Origin: Solirubrobacterales bacterium
GTDB lineage: Bacteria > Actinomycetota > Thermoleophilia > Solirubrobacterales > 70-9
Direction of reading: 5' to 3'
DNA length: 64,000 nucleotides
Assembly (NCBI GenBank): GCA_035273795.1
Contig: DATEOT010000052.1
Span: 471 to 64,470, forward strand
Shown: positions 1 through 7,188 of the stretch, in pieces
How the letters are laid out: each line of letters opens with the position of its first letter
Numbering within the stretch: position 1 is the first letter of the stretch
The notes under the pieces: model-generated
Databases searched by the model: none
Told to the model about the DNA's origin: nothing
Seen by the model: the letters and a program-made list of their open reading frames with translations, nothing else
Position numbers and translations under genes: made by a program

Positions 1-238
1 TGGCCTTCGACTCGACGCGGCTGAGGACGCCGTTGCCCTTCTGCTTGAGGACGACGATCCGTTCCCCGATGCAATTCGCGTTGGCCGATTTGACCTTGCC
101 CTGGTAGCCGGCGGCGCCGATCGTGATCGTCGACTTCACCTTCACCGTCTCACCGGGCTGCGGTGCCGCCACCGCCGTCGCCGCCAGTGCCAGCGCTGCC
201 GCCGACGCCAGCGCCGCAACCTGATTCCTCTTGCCCAT
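1..238 (-). CDS. Secreted hypothetical protein, partial (C-terminus runs off the window)
   Basis: Reverse-strand ATG at 238..236 gives MGKRNQVAALASAAALALAATAVAAPQPGETVKVKSTITIG..., a clear Sec-type signal peptide. The frame stays open to the window edge. It is not in the ORF track because it has no stop codon here. Confidence 0.5.
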   Translation of the reverse strand, partial: MGKRNQVAALASAAALALAATAVAAPQPGETVKVKSTITIGAAGYQGKVKSANANCIGERIVVLKQKGNGVLSRVESKA

Positions 239-324
239 CCATCCCTCCTTTGTCTTGACCGATTGCGCCCCTTGGAGGGCGGCGGCAGCCTAGAGGACCC
301 GGCAGCCATCAGAATCCGCCGCAG

Positions 325-993
325 ATGCCGCCCGCGCAGGAGAAGGCCGCGCCCGCGATCCGAGTCGCGGGGCTGCGGCGCGATTACGGCGACCGCCCGG
401 CGCTCGAGGGCGTCGGCTTCGAGCTGCCAGCCGGCGCCTCCCTGGTGGTCCTCGGCCCCAACGGCGCCGGCAAGACGACGCTGCTGCGGATCCTGGCGAC
501 GCTGCTGCGCCCGAGCGGCGGCGAGGTGCGGGTGCTCGGCTGCTCGCTGCCGGACGAGGCCTGGAAGCTGCGCGGCAAGATCGGCTACCTCGGCCACGAG
601 CCGCTGCTCTACCGCGACCTCAGCGGCCGCGAGAACCTCCGCTTCCAGGCACGGCTGCACGGGATCGGGCGCGGGGCCGCCGAGGCGCGGATCGAGGAGG
701 TGCTGCGCGCGGTCGGGATGCAGCGGCGCGCCGACGAGCGGGTCGCCGAGCTCTCGGCCGGGATGCGCCAGCGGCTCTCGATCTGCCGCTGCGTCCTGCA
801 CCAGCCGGAGCTGTTGCTGCTCGACGAGCCCGACTCCAACCTCGACGTCGAGGGCCGCGAGCTGGCCCGGGGGCTGATCGGCGCCGGCGCCGGCAGCACC
901 CGCGTCGTCGTCACCCACGACCCCGACCGGCACCTGCCCGAGGCCGACCAGGTGCTGCGGCTGGGGATCGGCGAGACGGCGGTGCTCTCATGA
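325..993 (+). CDS. ccmA: Heme exporter ABC transporter ATP-binding protein CcmA
   Basis: Walker A GPNGAGKTT, ABC signature LSAGMRQR and Walker B LLLLDEP. It overlaps the next gene (ATGA) and is followed by ccmB/ccmC. Confidence 0.8.
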   Translation: MPPAQEKAAPAIRVAGLRRDYGDRPALEGVGFELPAGASLVVLGPNGAGKTTLLRILATLLRPSGGEVRVLGCSLPDEAWKLRGKIGYLGHEPLLYRDLSGRENLRFQARLHGIGRGAAEARIEEVLRAVGMQRRADERVAELSAGMRQRLSICRCVLHQPELLLLDEPDSNLDVEGRELARGLIGAGAGSTRVVVTHDPDRHLPEADQVLRLGIGETAVLS

Positions 994-1670
994 CCCCCTC
1001 CCGCACCGCCTTCGCCGCGATCCTCGCGAAGGATTTGCGCGCCGAGCTGCGCACCCTGCAGTCGCTGCCGGCGATGGCGCTCTTCGCCGTCACCACCTTC
1101 GTCATCTTCCGCTTCGGGTTGGACCGGACCGCCCTCTCCGGCAGCCTGGCCTCCGGGGTCCTCTGGGCGACCCTGCTCTTCGCCGCCGTGCTCGGGATCA
1201 ACCGCCTCTTCGTGTCCGAGCGCGAGGAGGGGGGCTTCGACGCGATCCGGCTGGCGCCGATCGACCGCAGCGTCCTCTTCGGCGCCAAGGTCGCGGCGCT
1301 CCTCGTCTACCTGGTCGCGCTGGAGCTGGTCACGGTGCCGATCTTCGCGATCTTCTTCCTCGACGACGCCGGCGGCCTCGGGCCGCTGGTCGCCGTCCTC
1401 CTGCTCGCCGACCTCGGCCTCGCCGCCACCGGCACCCTGATCTCCTCGATGGCGGTCAACTCGCGCGCCCGCGACCTGCTCGTGCCGCTGGTCCTCCTGC
1501 CCCTGGCGGTGCCGCTGATGATCGCCGCAACCGGCGCCACCGAGCCGCTGCTGCAGGCAGGCGGTCCGTCATACGACCGCTTCGGCACCTGGCTGATGGT
1601 CCTCGGCCTATACGATTTGATCTTCGGCCTGGTCGGCTACGCGGTTTTCGACTTCCTGCTCGAGGACTGA
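990..1670 (+). CDS. ccmB: Heme exporter membrane protein CcmB
   Basis: 226-aa polytopic membrane protein, translationally coupled to ccmA. Its position and size fit CcmB. Confidence 0.75.
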   Translation: MTPSRTAFAAILAKDLRAELRTLQSLPAMALFAVTTFVIFRFGLDRTALSGSLASGVLWATLLFAAVLGINRLFVSEREEGGFDAIRLAPIDRSVLFGAKVAALLVYLVALELVTVPIFAIFFLDDAGGLGPLVAVLLLADLGLAATGTLISSMAVNSRARDLLVPLVLLPLAVPLMIAATGATEPLLQAGGPSYDRFGTWLMVLGLYDLIFGLVGYAVFDFLLED

Positions 1671-1701
1671 CCAGGCGCCACCGGCCCCGACCCTCCGGAG
1701 C

Positions 1702-2424
1702 ATGTACGGCAAAGGACTAAAGCCCCTCTCGATCGCGACCGTCCTGATGTTGGCGGTTTCCTTGTCGCTGGTCTTCTTCTATGCGCCGCTCGACGCCGAC
1801 CAGGGCTTCGTCCAGAAGATCTTCTACGTCCACGTGCCGCTGGCGGTGGTGGCGCTGTTCGGCTTCATGGCCGGCGGCGTCTTCGCGGTCCTCCACCTGC
1901 GCTCGAACGACCGCAAGTGGGACGCCTACTCCTACGTCGCGATCCACATCTCGGTCATCTTCGGCGTCGCCGTGCTGATCACCGGCGCGATCTGGGCCAA
2001 GGCCTCCTGGGGCCACTGGTGGGTCTGGGACGAGCCGACCCTGGTCAGCTTCCTGATCGTCTTCCTCCTCTACGCGACCTACTACCCCTTCCGCTACGCG
2101 ATCGAGGACCGCGACCGCCAGGCGCGTTACGCCTCGGTCTTCGCCGTCACCGCCGGCGCCTTCGTCCCGCTCAACTTCATGGCGGTGCGGATGGCCGAGA
2201 GCCTCGTCCACCCCCGCACCTTCGCCACCGCCGAAGGCGGGATGCCGGGAGAGATGATGCTCACCTTCCTCGTCTCGCTGGCGACGATGGCGCTGCTCTA
2301 CACGACGCTGGTCAAGTTCGAGCTGACCGCGAAGAGCGCCTCCGGCCAGGTCAAGCGCCTGCGCCGCGCCCTCGACGCACCCGTCTCGGGCGGCGGTTCC
2401 CGGATCGCCCCGGAGGTGAGCTGA
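1702..2424 (+). CDS. ccmC: Heme exporter / heme lyase protein CcmC
   Basis: Tryptophan-rich WWD motif (WGHWWVWDEPTL) and conserved His residues in a multi-TM protein. Confidence 0.88.
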   Translation: MYGKGLKPLSIATVLMLAVSLSLVFFYAPLDADQGFVQKIFYVHVPLAVVALFGFMAGGVFAVLHLRSNDRKWDAYSYVAIHISVIFGVAVLITGAIWAKASWGHWWVWDEPTLVSFLIVFLLYATYYPFRYAIEDRDRQARYASVFAVTAGAFVPLNFMAVRMAESLVHPRTFATAEGGMPGEMMLTFLVSLATMALLYTTLVKFELTAKSASGQVKRLRRALDAPVSGGGSRIAPEVS

Positions 2425-2654
2425 TGGAGTTCCTGTTCGCCGCTCCGGCGCTGCCGCTCGACGAGGCCGGCAAGTACGTGGCCGGCGCCTACGTCGTCTT
2501 CATGATCCTGCTCGTCGTCTACGTCGCGATCATGGCGGCGAAAGTGCAGCGGATCGAGCGCGAATTGCGCGAGGTCGCCGCGATCGCCGAGGAGCGCAAA
2601 GAGGGAAGCGCCGCCCCCGGAAGAGCAGCCGAGGAGGCGGCGCCCAGTGCCTGA
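2424..2654 (+). CDS. ccmD: CcmD-like small single-TM protein
   Basis: 76-aa ORF whose ATG shares the A of the ccmC TGA. It has one TM helix (YVVFMILLVVYVAIMAA) followed by a charged tail. The call rests on position and architecture only. Confidence 0.5.
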   Translation: MEFLFAAPALPLDEAGKYVAGAYVVFMILLVVYVAIMAAKVQRIERELREVAAIAEERKEGSAAPGRAAEEAAPSA

Positions 2655-3975
2655 GCTGCTCGCGCTCGGCGTCTCCCACAAGACCGCGCCGCTCGACCTG
2701 CGCGAGCGCCTCTCGCTGACCGAGGGGCGCGCCGTCAGCGCCCTCGCCGAGCTGACGGCCGCGAGCGGCATCCACGAGGCGGCGGCGATCTCGACCTGCA
2801 ACCGCACCGAGCTCTACCTGATCGTCTCCGACCCGGTCGAGGCCGAGTCGACCGCGCTCGGCGTCCTCACCCGCCAGGCGGACATCCGCCCGACCGAGCT
2901 GCTCAGCCACCTCTACTCGCTGCGCGCGACCGAGGCCGCCCGCCACCTGCTGCAGGTGACCGCCGGGCTCGACTCGATGATCCTCGGCGAGGCCGAGATC
3001 CAGGGCCAGGTCAAACGCGCCTACGAGCTGGCGATGGTCGAGGGCGCGACCGGGCCGATCCTCAACCGCCTCTTCCGCGACGCCCTCACCGCCGGCGGCC
3101 GCGCCCGCGACGAGACCGGGATCAGCCAGAAGGGCGTCTCGATCCCGTCCGTGGCGGTGGAGCTGGCGCGGCGGGCGGTCGGGGACCTCTCCGACCGCCG
3201 GGTGCTGATCGTCGGCGCCGGTGAGACTTCCGAGCTGGTCGCCAGGGCGATGGTCGCCCGCGGCGTCGCCACCGTCTTCGTCGCCAACCGCCACTACGAC
3301 CGCGCGATCGGCCTCGCCCAGCGCTTCCAGGGCACCGCGGTCCGCATCGAAGAGCTGCCCGAGCAGCTCGAGGAGGCCGACATCGTCGTCTCGGCGACCA
3401 ACTCGCCCCACCACATCGTCGAGCGCGACGGGCTCGAGCACGTGATGGAGGCGCGGTCGGAGCGGCCGCTGCTGGCGATCGACCTGGCGGTCCCGCGCGA
3501 CATCGACCCGGCCTGCCGCGAGATCCCCGGCGTCACCGTCCACGACATCGACGACGTCCAGCAGATCGTCGAACGCAACGAGAGCGGCCGCGAGGCCGAG
3601 TCGCGGCGGGCGGAGCAGATCGTCGAGGCCGAGCTCGACCGCTTCGAGCGCTGGCTCGGCTTGCAGGAGGTGGTGCCGACGATCAGCGCCCTGCGCGAGC
3701 GCGGCGACGAGGTCGTGCGCCGCGTCCTGGCCGAGAACGAGGGCCGCTGGGAGGCTCTCAGCGAGACCGACCGCGAGCGGGTCGAGAAGCTGGCGCAGGC
3801 GATCGCCTCGCGGCTGCTCCACGATCCGACCCTGCGGATCCGCCGCTCGGCCTGCTCCGGCGAGGCCTACTTCTTCGTCAACGCCCTGCGCGAGCTCTAC
3901 GGCCTCGAAGTCGAGGCCGCGCCCGAAGCCGAGACTCGTAGCAATGTGACTGAGTTGCGACGGAAATCGCCCTAG
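2647..3975 (+). CDS. hemA: Glutamyl-tRNA reductase
   Basis: N-terminus LLALGVSHKTAPLDLRERLSL, catalytic Cys in ISTCNRTELY, and NAD-binding VLIVGAGETS. Confidence 0.92.
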   Translation: MPELLALGVSHKTAPLDLRERLSLTEGRAVSALAELTAASGIHEAAAISTCNRTELYLIVSDPVEAESTALGVLTRQADIRPTELLSHLYSLRATEAARHLLQVTAGLDSMILGEAEIQGQVKRAYELAMVEGATGPILNRLFRDALTAGGRARDETGISQKGVSIPSVAVELARRAVGDLSDRRVLIVGAGETSELVARAMVARGVATVFVANRHYDRAIGLAQRFQGTAVRIEELPEQLEEADIVVSATNSPHHIVERDGLEHVMEARSERPLLAIDLAVPRDIDPACREIPGVTVHDIDDVQQIVERNESGREAESRRAEQIVEAELDRFERWLGLQEVVPTISALRERGDEVVRRVLAENEGRWEALSETDRERVEKLAQAIASRLLHDPTLRIRRSACSGEAYFFVNALRELYGLEVEAAPEAETRSNVTELRRKSP

Positions 3976-3989
3976 GGGCAGCGTGGTCG

Positions 3990-4048
3990 AGCAGATCAAG
4001 GACGCAGGGAACGAAGCGTGCTCTGCACGTGAGCGACCGAGGACGCAG
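3990..4048. repeat. About 59-bp intergenic repeat, copy 1 (family also at 12793..12850, inverted)
   Basis: agcagatcaaggacgcagggaacgaagcgtgctctgcacgtgagcgaccgaggacgcag nearly matches the reverse complement of 12793..12850. It lies between hemA and hemC. Confidence 0.7.
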
Positions 4049-4050
4049 AG

Positions 4051-4935
4051 ATGCGAAGCGCCACGCTGCGCCTAGCGACCCGGGGCAGTGCGCTGGCGCT
4101 GACGCAGTCGCGCTGGGTCGCCGACCGTCTCGGCGGCGCAGAACTGGTGGAGGCGAGCTCGGACGGGGAGCCGGGCGACAAGTCGCGCTTCGTCCGCGGA
4201 GTCGAGCGGGCGCTGCTGGCCGGCGAGGCCGAGCTCGGCGTCCACTCGGCCAAGGACCTGCCGGGCGCGATGCCCGAGGGGCTGGAGATCGCCGCCGTGC
4301 CGGCGCGCGAGGACCCGCTCGACGTCTGGATCGGCGTCGGCGACTCGCTTGACGACGTTCCCGAGGGGGCGCGGGTCGGGACTGCAAGCCTGCGCCGCCG
4401 CGCCCAGCTGCTGGCGGCGCGCCCTGACCTGCGGGTGGAGGAGCTGCACGGCAACGTCGACACCCGCCTGCGCAAGCTGGAGGAGGGCGAACTGGACGCG
4501 ATCGTGCTCGCCGCCGCCGGCCTGCGCCGGCTCGGCCGCGAGGCGGAGATCGGGTTCGCGCTCCCGGTCGAGCAGATGGTGCCGGCGGCGGGCCAGGGCG
4601 CTCTGGCGCTGCAGGTACGATCGGATGACGGAGCGACGAGCAACGCCGTGACGGCGATCAACGACCTGCGGGCGATGCGCGAGCTGACCGCGGAGCGCAC
4701 CGTCGTCGCCCTGCTAGAAGCGACCTGCGCCAGCCCCCTCGGCGCCCACTCCCGCGTCGAGGGCGCCCGGATCGAGATCGACGCCTTCGTCGGCCTCCCC
4801 GACGGCAGCGAGTGGCTGCGCGACCGCATCGAAGGCGAGGCCGAGCAGCCGGCCCTGGCCGGGGCGGAACTCGTCCAGCGCCTGCTCGGCTCCGGCGCGC
4901 GCGAACTTCTCGATCGCGCCGAGGAGATGGGATGA
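4051..4935 (+). CDS. hemC: Hydroxymethylbilane synthase (porphobilinogen deaminase)
   Basis: LRLATRGSALALTQS N-terminus, HGNVDTRLRKL motif, and heme-biosynthesis context. Confidence 0.92.
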   Translation: MRSATLRLATRGSALALTQSRWVADRLGGAELVEASSDGEPGDKSRFVRGVERALLAGEAELGVHSAKDLPGAMPEGLEIAAVPAREDPLDVWIGVGDSLDDVPEGARVGTASLRRRAQLLAARPDLRVEELHGNVDTRLRKLEEGELDAIVLAAAGLRRLGREAEIGFALPVEQMVPAAGQGALALQVRSDDGATSNAVTAINDLRAMRELTAERTVVALLEATCASPLGAHSRVEGARIEIDAFVGLPDGSEWLRDRIEGEAEQPALAGAELVQRLLGSGARELLDRAEEMG

Positions 4936-6434
4936 CGGCGCGCGCCGGAGTCGTCTACCTGGTCGGCGCCGGGCCTGGCGATCCGGGCCTGATGACGGCA
5001 CGCTCGCTGGAGCTGATCGCCGCCGCTGACACGGTCTTCTACGACCGCCTGATTCCGCCCGGCGCCCTCGACGGCGCCCGCACCGACGCCGAGCTGGTCT
5101 ACGTCGGCAAGCAGCCCGGGGTGCCGTCGCTTCCCCAGGAGGAGATCGGCGAGCGGATGATCGAGGCCGCGCGCGCCGGCCGCTCCGTCGTCCGCCTCAA
5201 GGGCGGCGACCCCTTCGTCTTCGGCCGCGGCGGCGAGGAGGGCGAAGCGCTGCGCGAGGCGGGGGTCGGGTTCGAGGTCGTCCCCGGCGTCACCGCGGGC
5301 GTCGCCGCCACCGCCTACGCCGGCATCCCCGTCACCCACCGCGACGATGCCTCCGCCGTCGCCTTCGTCACCGGCCACGAGGACCCGACCAAGGAGGAGA
5401 GCGCGCTCGACTGGGAGGCGCTGGCCCGCTTCCCGGGGACGCTGGTCTTCTACATGGGGGTCAAGCGCCTGGCGAACAACGCCACCGCGCTGATCGACGC
5501 CGGCCGCGACCCGGAGGAGCCTGCCGCCGCGATCGAACGTGGGACGTGGCCAGGGCAACGGACTGTGCGGGCAACCCTGGGAACCATCGCCGAGGCGGTC
5601 GAGCGCGAGGAGGTGAAGGCGCCGGCGCTGATCGTCGTCGGCGAGGTCGCGGCACGCCGCGAGCAGCTCGAATGGCTGGAGCGCCGGCCCCTGCACGGCC
5701 GCCGCGTCGTCGTCACCCGCGCCCGCGCCCAGGCCAGCGGCCTGGCGGCGACCCTGCGCGAGCTCGGGGCCGAGGTGGTCGAGCTGCCGGCGATCCGGAT
5801 CGAGCCGCGGATCGATGCCGAGGAGGTGCGGGCGGCCGCGGGTGCCCTCGGGATCTACGAGCTGATCTGCCTCACCAGCCCCAACGGCGTCCGCCTGCTC
5901 TTCGAGGCGATGGAAGCAGCCGGCGTCGACGCCCGCGCGCTGGCCGGGGTCACCGTGGCTGCGATCGGACCGGGAACGGCGCGGGCGCTGGCGGAGCGGG
6001 GCGTTATCGCCGACGTGGTCCCCGAGCGCTTCGTCGCCGAGGGGCTGATCGAGGCGCTGGCGGAAATGGAGCTCGCCGGCGCCCGCGTCCTCGTCGCCCG
6101 CGCCGCCGAGGCCCGCGACGTCCTCCCCGACGCGCTGCGCGAGCGCGGCGCCGAGGTCGACGTCCTCCCCCTCTACGAGACCGTCCGCGAGGAGCCGGGC
6201 GACGACGAGGTCGAGGCGGCCCAGAGCGCCGACTACCTCACCTTCACCTCCTCCTCGACCGTCACCAACCTCACTGCCGCCCTCGGCGACCGCTTCCCGC
6301 GCGACGCCCGCATCGTCTCGATCGGCCCGATCACCAGCGAGACGGTCCGCGAGGCCGGCCTCGAGGTGGACGTGGAGGCCGAGCGCCACGACGTCGACGG
6401 CCTCCTGACGGCCCTCCTGAACGATGTTCGGTAG
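4932..6434 (+). CDS. cobA/hemD: Bifunctional uroporphyrinogen-III C-methyltransferase / uroporphyrinogen-III synthase
   Basis: The internal ATG at 4932 overlaps the hemC stop. The N-terminal half has VYLVGAGPGDPGLMT and GGDPFVFGRGGEE (SUMT motifs). The C-terminal half (RRVVVTRARAQASGLA...) is HemD-like. The 40-codon upstream extension in the track was rejected. Confidence 0.88.
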   Translation: MTARAGVVYLVGAGPGDPGLMTARSLELIAAADTVFYDRLIPPGALDGARTDAELVYVGKQPGVPSLPQEEIGERMIEAARAGRSVVRLKGGDPFVFGRGGEEGEALREAGVGFEVVPGVTAGVAATAYAGIPVTHRDDASAVAFVTGHEDPTKEESALDWEALARFPGTLVFYMGVKRLANNATALIDAGRDPEEPAAAIERGTWPGQRTVRATLGTIAEAVEREEVKAPALIVVGEVAARREQLEWLERRPLHGRRVVVTRARAQASGLAATLRELGAEVVELPAIRIEPRIDAEEVRAAAGALGIYELICLTSPNGVRLLFEAMEAAGVDARALAGVTVAAIGPGTARALAERGVIADVVPERFVAEGLIEALAEMELAGARVLVARAAEARDVLPDALRERGAEVDVLPLYETVREEPGDDEVEAAQSADYLTFTSSSTVTNLTAALGDRFPRDARIVSIGPITSETVREAGLEVDVEAERHDVDGLLTALLNDVR

Positions 6435-7188
6435 TCCCCACCGCCACTACCGCTCAACCGACTCGACCAACACCCGCGCCCGCGAGCTCGCCGCCGCCGG
6501 CGCCCCCCACGGCACCGTCGTCACCGCCGCCGAGCAAACCTCCGGCCGCGGCCGCCAAGGCCGAACCTGGACCGCACCCCCCGGCAAAGCCCTCCTCTAC
6601 TCGGCCATCGTCCGGCCCCTGGAAGAGCACCACACGATGCTCCCCCTAGCCGTCCCTCTAGCGGTCTGCGAAGCAGCCGAGCAACTGAACCCCGACCTCG
6701 AGTGCAAGGTCAAGTGGCCGAACGACATCCACGCCGAAGGCCGCAAGCTGTCTGGCGTCTTAATAGAGGCGCGACCTCAAGACGGCTGGGCGGTAATCGG
6801 GGTAGGCCTGAACTTCTCCATCCAGGAAGACGAGTTCCCGCCAGACCTCCGCGCCACGGCCGTCTCGGTCTTCGGCACCCGTGGAGAGGAGCGAGGCAAG
6901 GGGTCCGCCGGACCCTCCCCGCTGTTGTCCGCCGGACCCCTTCCCTCGCTCCTCCTGCGCGCAACCGAAGTTCTCAACCAGCACCTCGACCGTTGGGTCC
7001 GCGCAGAACCGGCCGAAGTGCTTTCCGTTTGGCGCAAACGCGACGCGCTAAAAGGAAGAGGGGTCGCCTGGGAGGGTGGCTCAGGAATCGCCGACGGCGT
7101 CGACGACAAGGGTTACCTAGTCGTCGTCACCGCCGACGGCGACCGGATCGCCGTCGGAGCCGGAGAGGTCCACCTCACCCGCTTCTGA
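6424..7188 (+). CDS. birA: Biotin--[acetyl-CoA-carboxylase] ligase
   Basis: GRGRQGRTWTAPPGKALLYS biotin-binding loop and KWPNDI motif. It carries an in-frame palindromic insertion (see repeat 6883..6955). Confidence 0.85.
   Translation: MFGSPHRHYRSTDSTNTRARELAAAGAPHGTVVTAAEQTSGRGRQGRTWTAPPGKALLYSAIVRPLEEHHTMLPLAVPLAVCEAAEQLNPDLECKVKWPNDIHAEGRKLSGVLIEARPQDGWAVIGVGLNFSIQEDEFPPDLRATAVSVFGTRGEERGKGSAGPSPLLSAGPLPSLLLRATEVLNQHLDRWVRAEPAEVLSVWRKRDALKGRGVAWEGGSGIADGVDDKGYLVVVTADGDRIAVGAGEVHLTRF
6883..6955. repeat. About 73-bp imperfect palindrome (hairpin element) inside the birA coding sequence
   Basis: The left arm gaggagcgaggcaaggggtccgccggac and right arm gtccgccggaccccttccctcgctcctc are reverse complements at 26 of 28 positions, with a loop of about 13 nt. 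It is translated in frame as EERGKGSAGPSPLLSAGPLPSLLL. Confidence 0.75.

Noticed and set aside
3996-6389. 797-aa minus-strand ORF spanning hemC and cobA/hemD
   Set aside because: It is antisense to two genes with unmistakable family motifs. Its product is R/A/G/P/D-rich low-complexity sequence, a typical high-GC shadow ORF.
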